A stretch of DNA of 62,144 bases, the filler included, from Acidimicrobiia bacterium (GTDB lineage: Bacteria > Actinomycetota > Acidimicrobiia > Spongiisociales > JAHEDJ01), in assembly GCA_029210695.1 (NCBI GenBank). It is 3 parts of 3 records of this genome, joined end to end, with 100 filler letters (N's around TTAATTAATTAA, not from the genome) between each part and the next. Parts side by side here need not be neighbours in the genome. Positions count along the whole stretch, not along the records: positions 29,105 to 45,750 come from JARGFH010000072.1; 2 more parts are not named here. The stretch is one strand, 5' to 3'. The translations under genes and the position numbers were made by a program. The notes beneath the pieces are model-generated. The model saw only the letters and a program-made list of their open reading frames with translations. It did not search any database and was not told the origin of the DNA. Shown here piece by piece: positions 35,471 to 45,065 of this stretch (the first letter of the stretch is position 1; every line of letters begins with the position of its first letter).

Positions 35471-36574
35471 TCAGATCGATCCTTCGTCTACTTCGAACTC
35501 GACAACGAGTCCCGGTTGGCCGGCCGGCGGGTAGACCGCTTCGTAGCCGAGCTCGCTCTTCCAGTTGGGCCGGTCCCAATCCTCGTTGTCGGAGGATCGG
35601 TAGTTGAAATGGAGGGTCGGGTGGTCGCTGTGGAAGATGAGCCTGGCCACCGCGTCGTCGTCGGGATGATGAAAGCGGTTGCCACTGGAGGAAATCAGGA
35701 AATGCCGGCAGTCGAGCCTCTGCATCAACTCGTTGGAGACGTTGTGCTTGCTGCCGTGGTGGGGCACCTTCAAGGCGTCGATCTCGAGCTTCTGGAGCGC
35801 CCGTTCCTCTATCAGCCGGTCGAGTCCTTCGACCAGTGAATTACTCCGGGCGTCACCCGTGAACAGCACGCGGCGGTTGCCGTATTCGGCCAGGAAGCTG
35901 ATGCTGCTGGCGTTGGGCTTGCTGCCGTCCTCAGCAAACGCCCGGTTGGCCCACCGCTCGAGGTTCGGGGGGCGGCTCCCGAGCCTGTCCTTCTGGTACT
36001 TGGGAGATTCCTGGGCGAGTTTCGCCCCGGTGAACTCGCCGCCGGGCTCGAGGCCGGCGTCTTCGATCGTCTGCTTCCACGCCTTGCGAAGCGCAGTCAG
36101 ATCGGCACGGGTCGGCCCGAGGACCGTGATTCTCATCCCGCCGGGCAGGGCGAAAGCGGGCAGCCGCTCGTGTTCGTCAGAAGGAATGCCGATGGGCCCT
36201 CCCTTCGTCTTGCGATTGTGGCGAAAGCCTTGCTCGGCGATTCGATCGGACAGCATCTCTCCCTGTTTCGCACCGAGGGTGTCCTCCCGGATCTGGTCCC
36301 AGGCGTTGAACCAGAAGTCGCCGACCTGGATCCCGAGATCTCCACCCAGAAGCTTCACCATGGCGTCGATATGGTCGTTGTCGATGTGTGTCACCACCAT
36401 CAGCTCGATACGCCGCCTGCCGTCGATTGCATCGATCCTGGCTTTGACGGCATCGTACGTTCCGAACACACCTGCATCGATCAGCATCCGCCGGGGTTTG
36501 CCCGGGTCGCCGTATTCGATCCAGAGGGCGTCGCCCTCCTCAGCAGGCAGCATCTCGATCCGGAACAAGTTCAT
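35471..36574 (-). CDS. Cytoplasmic MBL-fold metallo-hydrolase (ComEC/Rec2-, Avs1a-like)
   Basis: EMLPAEEGDAL, LIDAG, VTHIDNDH, NASSI, LFTGDA, KVPHHGS, HHP; ATG overlaps the upstream TGA (ATGA); GGAGG RBS. Confidence 0.88.
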   Translation of the reverse strand: MNLFRIEMLPAEEGDALWIEYGDPGKPRRMLIDAGVFGTYDAVKARIDAIDGRRRIELMVVTHIDNDHIDAMVKLLGGDLGIQVGDFWFNAWDQIREDTLGAKQGEMLSDRIAEQGFRHNRKTKGGPIGIPSDEHERLPAFALPGGMRITVLGPTRADLTALRKAWKQTIEDAGLEPGGEFTGAKLAQESPKYQKDRLGSRPPNLERWANRAFAEDGSKPNASSISFLAEYGNRRVLFTGDARSNSLVEGLDRLIEERALQKLEIDALKVPHHGSKHNVSNELMQRLDCRHFLISSSGNRFHHPDDDAVARLIFHSDHPTLHFNYRSSDNEDWDRPNWKSELGYEAVYPPAGQPGLVVEFEVDEGSI

Positions 36575-39309
36575 CGGGCAATCCTCCAATCGGCGTCCCC
36601 GAACGCCACTACCGACAGCACCATCGGGTAACCGTCGGCAAGCGCCTTCCTGCGCAATTGGCGCAACACGTCTCCCACACCCTCGGTCGGCGCCTCGACC
36701 CCGGCGGCCAGGAGATCGAGGAGCTCAACGGCCACGGGGACGGCATGCCGTCCGAGGATGGTGGTGATGGTGCTCACGACTACGGAAACCCCGGCGCGCC
36801 TGAAGCGGGGCACCAATCCCTGGAACGGTATGTCCGGCCGGGCGGTCTCACAACCCAGCAAGACCGCCAGCTTGGGCTCCTCACCCGCACCCAGCCGGTT
36901 GCCCACCTGATTGACCCGCTCGAGTTCGTCGCCGCCGATCTCCATGGCGGCCGCCACACCCAGCCGATCCGTGTGGGGGAGCAAGAAGATCATCGATCGT
37001 TCTTCGGCGCCGGCGAGGTCCTGGAACTCGTCCCAGCCGGCCGCCCGGGCGACCGGGAATCCTCCCCCGGCCAGTCTGGCGGCGAGCGTGTCCTGGTCGG
37101 CTTGGCTGACGTTGGCGCTCATGCCCCACAGCACCGATGCGAACGGGTTCAACTGATCACGCCCGCTGGTCGGTTCGGCCTGGAGCCGGTAGTCGCCGGG
37201 CAGCTCGGTGAAGCCTGGATCATGAGCGTGCCGCTCGACGATGAAGCGGACCCCCCAGAATCCGGTGAGGCACACGGGGAGGTCGTCCTCTTCGCCCAAG
37301 GCGTCGCACGAGGCACAGTTGCCGCTCAGGACGGATACCTTCCAGTCGGGACACAGTTCCACGACGGTCGGGGCCGGCCGTGAGTAGAACACTTCCACCG
37401 GGAGGTAGGAGTCGGGGGCGGCGGAGATGATCTGGAGGCGGCCCTGCTCGAAGAATTCGGCAGGAATTCCGTGGTCGGTGACGAACGTCTGGTGCATGCC
37501 TTCGCCGATGGTGGCCAGGTCGAACACAAGTTGCAGTGTGTCCTCCGCTTCCATCGAAGCGAAGGCGTCGGGATCATCAGCGACCGCGGTGAGCAGACCG
37601 ATCAGCTGGTCTCGCTCCGCCGTGAGACCGTCGACTGAGCGCAGCGTGACGCCCGTATCGCGGATCACCGTGGCTGCCTTGGATCCCCGGTCGTTCTGGT
37701 TGACGACGACGCTGAGATCGAAGGGCTCCTGCTGGACCAATGTGGCGAAGCTGGCCCGCACGATGGCCTCGACCTCGATGACCGGACGCCCGATACGGGA
37801 CGGATTGGCCGCCACCACCGCCGCCCGGAACACGGCCGTTTGCAGGACCCGCCCCTGATACACGAGTGCGATTCGGCCGAAGGCCTCGCCGGTTTCGGCG
37901 AACTCGAGAGAGAACTCAACCGGCTCGGAGTCGCCGTGTTCGGCCAGTGCAATCGTCGCTCGCTGGGTCTCCCGGCGGTTCCCTTCGCACACGAACACGA
38001 CCCCGATGTCTTTGGGCCAGGTGAGATCGTCGGCCGGAACCGGAACGGGCGGTGCACCGTCGGCGGTGATCGAACGTTCGGTCGGCTCGCCGATCCATAC
38101 CGCCAGGGTGTACGTTTCACCGCGGCTGAGTGCCAGCCGGTGATCGCCTGTTCCGCGCCTGACGGCCCCGTTGAGGATGCGCGTCGAGCTGCCTTCGTCT
38201 GACGGCCTACCCCGTGAAGCAGTGGCCATCGGTTCGAGTTCCGGGAGTTCACCGGCCGCCGACATCAGCAACGCCAGCCCGGTGGCCTCATGGGTCTCTC
38301 CGACGTAGCCGAACCCTCCGAACAGCGCCCCGAGCTGCTCTCCGATGTCCCCGGCCCGAGCAGGTCCGCCCAACGTGAAGCCGCCGAGAAACTGGCCGAC
38401 CTCGACCGGTACCTCGATCTCGAAACCCTCGAGCTGTTGGAGATGCCGGACGAACTGTTCGACAACCCGCGACAGGCGGCTCTCCCGGATCAGTCGATCG
38501 GACATGGTCGTAAATCCGGCCCGGCCCGTCCGCATGAGATTCACTCTGCCCAGCACCCGGTCGAGCGGTTCGTCGTGGGAGAGTCCCTCGATCAACCAGT
38601 TGACCCATTCAGCCGCCGACGGCGGTCCGTCGGCCAGGTGGCACCCCCAGGCTCCGGTCCTGAGGGCGAGCCGGTCGGCAACGCGCGACACCTCTGCAGT
38701 CTCGACGTCGATTGGCCCAAGGGCGACCACGAGCCCTGGCGCGGTCGGTTCTGCCACATCGGTCAGGTCGGCTTCCGTCGCAGACCAGGGCAGTAACAGC
38801 ACGTCGCATCCGTCGACGGCGTCCCCCAGCGTCCACAGTTCCGGCCACCAGAGGTTGACCTCGAGGTCTGCCCGCAGCCCTATCGAGGCCGGATCCTCCA
38901 TGAATCCGATGCGCAGCGGCCACCGCCAGTCCAAAGGGCCGCGGCCGGGCGGGGCACCGAGGAACCCCGTGTAGCCCCGTTCCGGTTCGACGATCGCCCG
39001 CAGCCAGTCGTAGGCACAGCCGGCTGTAAAGCGGTCGCTGCTCAGCTCGATCCGGCCCGAAGCGCCGGTCGCCATCTGCGCCGCTCCGACGGGATCGACC
39101 CATTCGAAGCTCCGCTGAGGAGCCCTCCAGTCGACGGTGTCGGGGGCATCCTCGATTCGCCGGCGGACCGCGGCCGCCACATCCGGATCGTCGAGCAGCG
39201 TCGGGTCGTGTTCGAGAATGCCGAGGGTGACCACAGCATCGGCGGTCTGCCCGGAGGTCAGGCCGGCTCCGGCCAGCCACTCGAAGATCTGTTGCGTGGG
39301 ATTGGGCAT
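36571..39309 (-). CDS. CHAT (caspase-like) domain protein, 912 aa
   Basis: C-terminal LPVEVFY, FWGVRFIVERH, FLLPH (His), VLLGCETA (Cys), FRRAGVSVVVST, VGDVLRQLRR, VVAFGDAD; GAGGAG RBS before MPNPT. Confidence 0.8.
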   Translation of the reverse strand: MPNPTQQIFEWLAGAGLTSGQTADAVVTLGILEHDPTLLDDPDVAAAVRRRIEDAPDTVDWRAPQRSFEWVDPVGAAQMATGASGRIELSSDRFTAGCAYDWLRAIVEPERGYTGFLGAPPGRGPLDWRWPLRIGFMEDPASIGLRADLEVNLWWPELWTLGDAVDGCDVLLLPWSATEADLTDVAEPTAPGLVVALGPIDVETAEVSRVADRLALRTGAWGCHLADGPPSAAEWVNWLIEGLSHDEPLDRVLGRVNLMRTGRAGFTTMSDRLIRESRLSRVVEQFVRHLQQLEGFEIEVPVEVGQFLGGFTLGGPARAGDIGEQLGALFGGFGYVGETHEATGLALLMSAAGELPELEPMATASRGRPSDEGSSTRILNGAVRRGTGDHRLALSRGETYTLAVWIGEPTERSITADGAPPVPVPADDLTWPKDIGVVFVCEGNRRETQRATIALAEHGDSEPVEFSLEFAETGEAFGRIALVYQGRVLQTAVFRAAVVAANPSRIGRPVIEVEAIVRASFATLVQQEPFDLSVVVNQNDRGSKAATVIRDTGVTLRSVDGLTAERDQLIGLLTAVADDPDAFASMEAEDTLQLVFDLATIGEGMHQTFVTDHGIPAEFFEQGRLQIISAAPDSYLPVEVFYSRPAPTVVELCPDWKVSVLSGNCASCDALGEEDDLPVCLTGFWGVRFIVERHAHDPGFTELPGDYRLQAEPTSGRDQLNPFASVLWGMSANVSQADQDTLAARLAGGGFPVARAAGWDEFQDLAGAEERSMIFLLPHTDRLGVAAAMEIGGDELERVNQVGNRLGAGEEPKLAVLLGCETARPDIPFQGLVPRFRRAGVSVVVSTITTILGRHAVPVAVELLDLLAAGVEAPTEGVGDVLRQLRRKALADGYPMVLSVVAFGDADWRIAR

Positions 39310-39351
39310 GGCACTCCTCGATGTCACATGCGAGCGTTTTGTTCGCCCCGT

Positions 39352-40407
39352 TCAGGGGGCCAGGGGATGCGGAGCCGTCCAGTCGGCATCTTCCCATTGC
39401 ACTTTGGTGAGGTCGGCGCCGATCGTGTAGGCGGGCATGGCAGCCATGCGGTCTTTGACGCTCTGGTGGATGCGTGCGTCGACGGGAGTGATGGGTCGGG
39501 TCCTGAACGTGAGCAGAGCCCAGACCTTCCCCATCTCGTGCACGGTGCCCTCGGCGTCGCTCTTCGACACTGAGCACGCCTTCTTGTAGGCGCCCGGCCG
39601 CAGCAGGAGGCCCTGATCGAGGGCGCCGTCGGTCATCCATTTGAGGGCGATGGTGGCCAGTTCCCTGTCGAAAGAGAAGCCGCCACCGACATCGGAATGC
39701 ACCCCGGCGAACCACGCCTCCCGCAGGTCGGTCTTTCCCTTGGGATGCACGAGGTATTCCTCATAGGGGCGGCGCCGCTCGTTGATGGACACGGCGTGCC
39801 GGATGGTGCGCGCGTTGGGGAGTTGCCGCGTGTAGGGCCATTTGGGGTCGAACCGCAGGTAGCCGAGGGCTTTGACCGAATCCCACAGGCCGAGGTAGTG
39901 GATCGGCAGCGAGTGGCTGCCGCCGATCTCGTGGGAGAAGGTCGCCGCGAACCGGTCGACCTTGTCCCAGTCGTCGTCCGACCAGCGGTCGCCCTTCGTA
40001 TACGACCTGACCAGATAGGGCACCAGGTTCTCGGCGCCCGGACGCATCACGCCGGCACGGTGGGTGAGGCCGGCCAGGCCGCGGGCGGTAAATGCTCCCC
40101 TGCTGAATCCGAAGATGGACACGGAATCACCCGGCTGGTAGTTGCGGATCAGATACGTGTACGCCTCTTCGAGGTTGGTCTTGATGCCGGTGCCGAAGGC
40201 CAGGCCCATCAGCTTGGTGAATCGGCTGGAGAGCGGCGTCCACGCTCCGGGAGTACTGAACGTCCCTACTCCCGGGTCGTAGAAAGCGACCTGTCGGGTG
40301 GGGTCGGACAGGTCGAGCATCTCGTAGAGACCGAGAACGTTCGTGTTTCCCTTGGCTTTGACCTGATTTCCGGTGCCGTCGAGACACAGAACGATGTTCC
40401 TGCCCAT
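39352..40407 (-). CDS. DUF2235 / Tle1-like alpha/beta-hydrolase (phospholipase-like)
   Basis: RNIVLCLDGTGN, TNV, YDPGVGT, GFSRGA nucleophile elbow, GLWDSV, HAVSINERR, WFAGVHSDVGG. Confidence 0.92.
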   Translation of the reverse strand: MGRNIVLCLDGTGNQVKAKGNTNVLGLYEMLDLSDPTRQVAFYDPGVGTFSTPGAWTPLSSRFTKLMGLAFGTGIKTNLEEAYTYLIRNYQPGDSVSIFGFSRGAFTARGLAGLTHRAGVMRPGAENLVPYLVRSYTKGDRWSDDDWDKVDRFAATFSHEIGGSHSLPIHYLGLWDSVKALGYLRFDPKWPYTRQLPNARTIRHAVSINERRRPYEEYLVHPKGKTDLREAWFAGVHSDVGGGFSFDRELATIALKWMTDGALDQGLLLRPGAYKKACSVSKSDAEGTVHEMGKVWALLTFRTRPITPVDARIHQSVKDRMAAMPAYTIGADLTKVQWEDADWTAPHPLAP

Positions 40408-40930
40408 TGAATCCCCTTTTTCTCCTACGTCCGATGGCAGCGGTGCGATATCCGCCGCCACTCATCGATGACGCGACGCGGACGATCCCTTCTCATAATG
40501 CTTTGTGGCCGGCGCGGCAGTTCGCCCGGGCAAATCACGATGCTTTGGTGCAGACGGCACCCGACCCGTTCTACGGCGTTGTCCGTGGGATCACCGATCC
40601 TCACCGCGCGTTCGACCAGCACGATGGCGTGTCGTGTCCCCCGGCCGACCGACCCACGACGGACGGCGCTATCCCTGTCGATCATGCAGACTCCTATTCG
40701 GACCCTGCCCCTTGCGCGGTAACTTACGCAACGGACACCCACCATGCGTGAGGTCGCGAAAAAAGACCTTACCGGCGCGCCGGTTTCGAGGGATCCGACG
40801 GTAGCGCCCGGCAGGTCTCGCCGGCCGGCACCGCCAGGTCGAATCCGGCGATGCGTCCTGAGGCGCGGCAATCCCGGTTGCTCCGGGGACGCTGCGATCG
40901 ACAGGAGTAGGTTTCGGGTCGGAGGTCACT

Positions 40931-42418
40931 ATGAGAACCGATGAGTACATCCGTCACGACGCTGTCGGGCTGGCGGCGCTGGTCCGCGCCGGTGAGGTCC
41001 AGCCCAAAGAGCTGATCACGGCCGCCATCACCCGGATCGAGAGCCTCAATCCGCAGCTCAATGCGGTGATCACCAAGATCTACGATCGGGCGTTGGAGGC
41101 GACCGAGGCCGGTCTCCCGGACGGCCCGTTGCGCGGGGTTCCGTTCTTGCTCAAGGATCTTCTCGCTCACTACGCAGGAGTGCCGACCACCGCCGCCAGC
41201 CGCTATCTGCGCAACTTCACGCCCGACCACGACTCCGAACTCGTGACACGTTTTCGCGCCGCCGGGCTGGTCGTCCTGGGCAAGACCAACCTCCCCGAGT
41301 TCGGGCTGCTGGGTATCACCGAACCGGAGTTGTGGGGCCCGACCCGTAATCCATGGGCCCTCGATCACACCCCCGGTGGTTCGAGCGGCGGAGCCGCCGC
41401 CGCGGTCGCTGCCCGTTTCGTACCGGCCGCCCACGCAGCCGACGGCGGCGGCTCGATCCGCATCCCCTCTTCGGCCTGCGGGCTGTTCGGCCTCAAGCCC
41501 AGCCGCGGCCGGGTCCCGCTCGGCCCGGACCTGGGCGATTCGTGGATGGGCCTGGTCCAGGAGCATGCCGTCACCCGTTCGGTGCGCGACTCGGCGGTGC
41601 TGCTCGATGCCGTCGACGGCGTCGACCCGGGCGCCCCGTATGCCGCCCCACCGAAAGAGCGGCCATTCGCAGATGAAGTCGGCCGGGATCCCGACCGGCT
41701 GCGGGTGGCCTACACCGACGTCGCCCTCTTCGGCACGGACACTCATCCGGACTGCCGGGCGGCGGTTCGCGACGCGGCGGACTTGTTCGAAGAACTCGGT
41801 CACGACGTGACCCAGTCCACCATCGAGTACGACAAGGAAGGGCTGACCCTCGCCTATCTCCGGGTGGTGGCCGCCTCGCTGGCCGGAGACCTCGCCTATT
41901 ACAGGGCGTTGACCGGCAGAAAGCCCACCCCCGACCTGTTCGAAACCGAAACCTGGCTCCTGGCCACCATCGGCCGAAAGACACCGGCGTCGGTGCTGGC
42001 CGCCGATCTGGCCCTCATCGGACGCGAGACGCGCCGTGTCGCCCGGTTCTTCGAGCAATTCGACCTGTTGCTCACGCCGACCCTGGCCAAACCCCCGGTC
42101 CTGATCGGAGAGCTGGCGCCGAAGCCCGTGGAACGCAACGCGATGAAGGCGCTCCAGAAGCTCCCGGCCAGGAAGCTCCTCAATGTGGTGCTCGATCAAC
42201 TCGCCGCCGAGGCGCTAGCTGCCACGCCGAACACGATGCTCTTCAACCAGACGGGGCAACCTGCCATGTCCGTTCCGCTCTTCTGGAACGAGGCCGGCCT
42301 CCCCATCGGCGTGCAAGCCGTCGCCCGGTTCGGCGAAGAGGACCTTCTGTTCCGGGTGGCCGGCCAGCTCGAGCGAGCCCGCCCGTGGGCCGACCGCATC
42401 CCGGAACTCACACCGTAG
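40931..42418 (+). CDS. Amidase signature family protein
   Basis: [42 protein letters not shown]. Confidence 0.95.
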   Translation: MRTDEYIRHDAVGLAALVRAGEVQPKELITAAITRIESLNPQLNAVITKIYDRALEATEAGLPDGPLRGVPFLLKDLLAHYAGVPTTAASRYLRNFTPDHDSELVTRFRAAGLVVLGKTNLPEFGLLGITEPELWGPTRNPWALDHTPGGSSGGAAAAVAARFVPAAHAADGGGSIRIPSSACGLFGLKPSRGRVPLGPDLGDSWMGLVQEHAVTRSVRDSAVLLDAVDGVDPGAPYAAPPKERPFADEVGRDPDRLRVAYTDVALFGTDTHPDCRAAVRDAADLFEELGHDVTQSTIEYDKEGLTLAYLRVVAASLAGDLAYYRALTGRKPTPDLFETETWLLATIGRKTPASVLAADLALIGRETRRVARFFEQFDLLLTPTLAKPPVLIGELAPKPVERNAMKALQKLPARKLLNVVLDQLAAEALAATPNTMLFNQTGQPAMSVPLFWNEAGLPIGVQAVARFGEEDLLFRVAGQLERARPWADRIPELTP

Positions 42419-42427
42419 AGGGCTGCC

Positions 42428-42780
42428 CCGCTCCCCTTTGCTTCGCTCCGGGACTCCCCCACTCCGTGGGGGGAGAACGCGAAAACCAGCCCTGGACCCG
42501 GCTCCAACCGCAAGACCCGAACCCCCCTCGCCCCTCCGGGGCACTCCCCCCACTCCGTGGGGGGAGAACGCAGAATGGCGCCGCTCAGCTGCCACACACC
42601 ACTCGCAACGCGGCGTTCCTTCCTCGCTGAAGGCGGGGTAGGTGCCGAGTCCACGAGGCGGAAGGCGGAAGGGCACTACTAAACCGAGTCCACGAGGCGG
42701 AGAGGGCGCATTCGCACACCAGCAGCCCCCCTCGCCCCTCCGGGGCACTCCCCCCACTCCGTGGGGGGAGAACGCGAAAC
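42428..42780. repeat. Cluster of REP-like double-hairpin units between convergent genes
   Basis: ACTCCCCC(C)ACTCCGTGGGGGGAGAACGC occurs three times; CCCCCTCGCCCCTCCGGGGC twice; CCGAGTCCACGAGGCGGA twice (42645, 42684). Confidence 0.85.
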
Positions 42781-42821
42781 TCAGCCTCCGTCGCCCAACC
42801 GCGTGGGGGCTCACACCAGGA

Positions 42822-43577
42822 CTACCCGTCGGACCGGTATACCAATCCGTCGCCGCCCATCGAGGTGAGTGTCAGTTGGTCGCCTTCTACCTCGGCGCGG
42901 AATTCGTCTCCGACCACGGTGACGACGAGCGAGTCCTGTTTCCAGAGGTCGTCCGGGCAATCGCCTTCTGCCGACAGTTCGGGGACGACGATGACGGCAC
43001 CGTTGGCGAGCCAGCTTCCGGTGAGCGCGCGGCAGCCCGTGGAGGCGGTCAGGGTGCCGTCGGCTGCCAGCAGCAGGGTGGCCGGTTCGCCCGCGACGCT
43101 GGAGGCTGTCTCGCCTTCGATCAGTGTCTCGAGCACCCAGGGGGTGCCGATCAATTCTGAGGTCGGAACCGGCTGAACCGGCCTGAACACCAGATCGGTG
43201 GAGGTACCGGTCAGAACCAGCCGCTCACCGTCGAAGCGGAAGTTCTGCACCGCCTGCAATGCCGATAGGAATGCGGCTTCGGCCTCCATAACCGCCGGCT
43301 CACAGCCCATCGCGGTCTGGCTCAGCTCGCCAAGTGAGACCGCCGAACCGTTGACCACGGCGACGCCGCCGTATGAATTACATGCTGCCCGCCCCGACAC
43401 CCCGGTGCCGTCGATCGACAACGTGATCGGATAGCCGTCGACTGTCGCTGCGCCCTCAGCCAGCTCCCAGTCGCCATCGGGACGGGGCCACGACGAAACG
43501 TCGAGATCCTCGCCGCCGTCCCCGCAAGCCGTCAGCGCAAGCGCCAATGTGATGAGTGTCACAAAAACGGTCTTCAT
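42822..43577 (-). CDS. META domain lipoprotein (two META/HslJ domains)
   Basis: Lipobox LTAC; SGRAACNSYGG...TAMGC and second copy ASTGCRALTG. Confidence 0.88.
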   Translation of the reverse strand: MKTVFVTLITLALALTACGDGGEDLDVSSWPRPDGDWELAEGAATVDGYPITLSIDGTGVSGRAACNSYGGVAVVNGSAVSLGELSQTAMGCEPAVMEAEAAFLSALQAVQNFRFDGERLVLTGTSTDLVFRPVQPVPTSELIGTPWVLETLIEGETASSVAGEPATLLLAADGTLTASTGCRALTGSWLANGAVIVVPELSAEGDCPDDLWKQDSLVVTVVGDEFRAEVEGDQLTLTSMGGDGLVYRSDG

Positions 43578-43645
43578 GCCCCTCCGACGCAGGGTCGCCG
43601 CCTCCGGTTCCCGTTCATCCGACGAACCGATGACCCCCGGGTGCG

Positions 43646-44182
43646 CTACTCCCCGGTCAGCACCGACAGTACTTCGTCGATGTCGGCGTGGTCGCCGGCG
43701 AAGTCCTCAAAGTCGGCGTAGCGGATCTCATTGCCGGGGCCGATGACCAGTGTCGCGCCGAGTTGGAACGGGCGCCTTCCCGAGCGGCTCTGGCGGTGGC
43801 CGCCCTTCAGGCTCTTGGCTGCGGCGGCCCAGGCTGAAGGGGAGACGATCGATCCAACTCCTAGCTTCTTCGTCCCGGCGATCTCAGCGGCCGTTCCTTC
43901 TTCGTCGAGCAGAACCGGGAACGGAACCCGTTCATCTTCGATGAAGGCCTGGGCGTAGCGCCGACCACCGGTGCCGATGGCGGTCACGCCCGCACCGGCG
44001 GCGAGGATCTCTTCGTATCTGTCGCGGACCTGACCGGCCCGCTCGCGGCAGGTCAGTCAGCCGAAGTGGCGGAGGAACAGGATCACTTGCGGTTGGGTTG
44101 CCCACCGGTCGCCGAGGCGATGCTCGTCGCCTTCGGGTCCGACGAGCACCTGATCGGCTAGGGCATCGACGTCAAATCTCAT
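43646..44182 (-). CDS. Peroxiredoxin-like AhpC/TSA_2 (SelU/SelL-related) protein with in-frame UGA, probable selenoprotein
   Basis: Continuous frame MRFDVD...ILFLRHFG-TGA-LTCRERAGQV...PFPVLLD...FQLGATLVI...DHAD. TGA at 44059-44057 occupies the first Cys of the family CxxC; the ORF track splits the gene in two. Confidence 0.85.
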
Positions 44183-44240
44183 GGGCAGAGTCTGGCGTCG
44201 AGGCGTCGCTATCGGGAATCGAGAGAGACGGACCCCTAAC

Positions 44241-44264
44241 ATGCACATGCTACAGTATGTGCAT
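44241..44264 (+). promoter_or_regulatory. Palindromic operator over extended -10 of the TA operon
   Basis: ATGCACAT-GCTACAGT-ATGTGCAT inverted repeat containing TGnTACAGT. Confidence 0.65.
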
Positions 44265-44505
44265 GCCGCTCTCACGCCGGGTCCAACTCTTGCTCGATCC
44301 GACTCGCTATGAACGGCTTGAACGAGCAGCAGCCCGGTCCGGGTCGTCCGTGGCGTCCGTGATCCGCAACGCCATCGATCGACTGCTCCCCGAGGACGCC
44401 ATCGACCCGGTGTCGGCGGGCAAGCTGTTGCTCGATGCGCCGGCGATGCCGGTCGAGGACTGGGACGAGATGAAGAAGTCGTTCCTGGACGAGATGACAC
44501 CGTGA
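44263..44505 (+). CDS. Ribbon-helix-helix (CopG/VapB-like) antitoxin
   Basis: RRVQLLLD...LERAAARSGSSVASVIRNAID; stop overlaps the toxin start (GTGA); alternative start at 44257. Confidence 0.85.
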   Translation: MPLSRRVQLLLDPTRYERLERAAARSGSSVASVIRNAIDRLLPEDAIDPVSAGKLLLDAPAMPVEDWDEMKKSFLDEMTP

Positions 44506-44930
44506 GGCTCCTAGTCGACACGGCCGTTTTCATCTACGCGGTCGGACGGGAGCATCCCCATCGTGAGCCCTGCCGCGAGCTCGTTCGCCTCCTCGCGCAC
44601 GAGGCCATCACTGCCGACATCAGCGCAGAGGCGGTCCAGGAGTATGTGCACGTTCGTACACGCAAAGGCATCGACCGATCGCAGGCGGTGGATGAAGCCC
44701 GTTCCATCGTCGCACTCTGCCGGGTGCACGATGTGACGATGACTGAACTCCAGGTCGGGCTTCAGTTGTTCCGCACCCACTCGGACCTCCACATGCGGGA
44801 TGCCATTCATGCCGCCACCGCTCTGGCTTGTCAGGCGTCGGTGTTGGTGAGCCCGGACCGCGCCTTCGATGATGTCCCCGGCATCGAGCGACTCGAGCCG
44901 GCCGAAGCACTCGCCCGCCTCACCGCCTGA
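44502..44930 (+). CDS. vapC: VapC PIN-domain toxin
   Basis: LLVDTAVFIY, VQE, RDAIHAATA, SPDRAFD. Confidence 0.9.
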   Translation: MRLLVDTAVFIYAVGREHPHREPCRELVRLLAHEAITADISAEAVQEYVHVRTRKGIDRSQAVDEARSIVALCRVHDVTMTELQVGLQLFRTHSDLHMRDAIHAATALACQASVLVSPDRAFDDVPGIERLEPAEALARLTA

Positions 44931-45065
44931 TCTGCTTCCGATCATTCCTGGAGCTGTAACCGATTGGTTACTTCGATGTGACGGTGTCGAGACGCGGCTG
45001 CGAGACGATCAGGTGGAAGCAGAAGCTCGACAAGGAGAACGCCCATGCGGACGCGGAGAACGCAC

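Noticed and set aside
35471..36574. ComEC competence protein
   Set aside because: Lacks the transmembrane competence domain; only the soluble MBL fold is present.
39352..40407. Type VI secretion effector locus
   Set aside because: No VgrG, PAAR, Hcp or immunity gene is visible and the host looks monoderm; treated as a cytoplasmic lipase-fold protein.
40408..40930. 520-bp gap upstream of the candidate defence operon as ncRNA or small gene
   Set aside because: No recognisable riboswitch, repeat or convincing ORF; cannot be supported from sequence alone.
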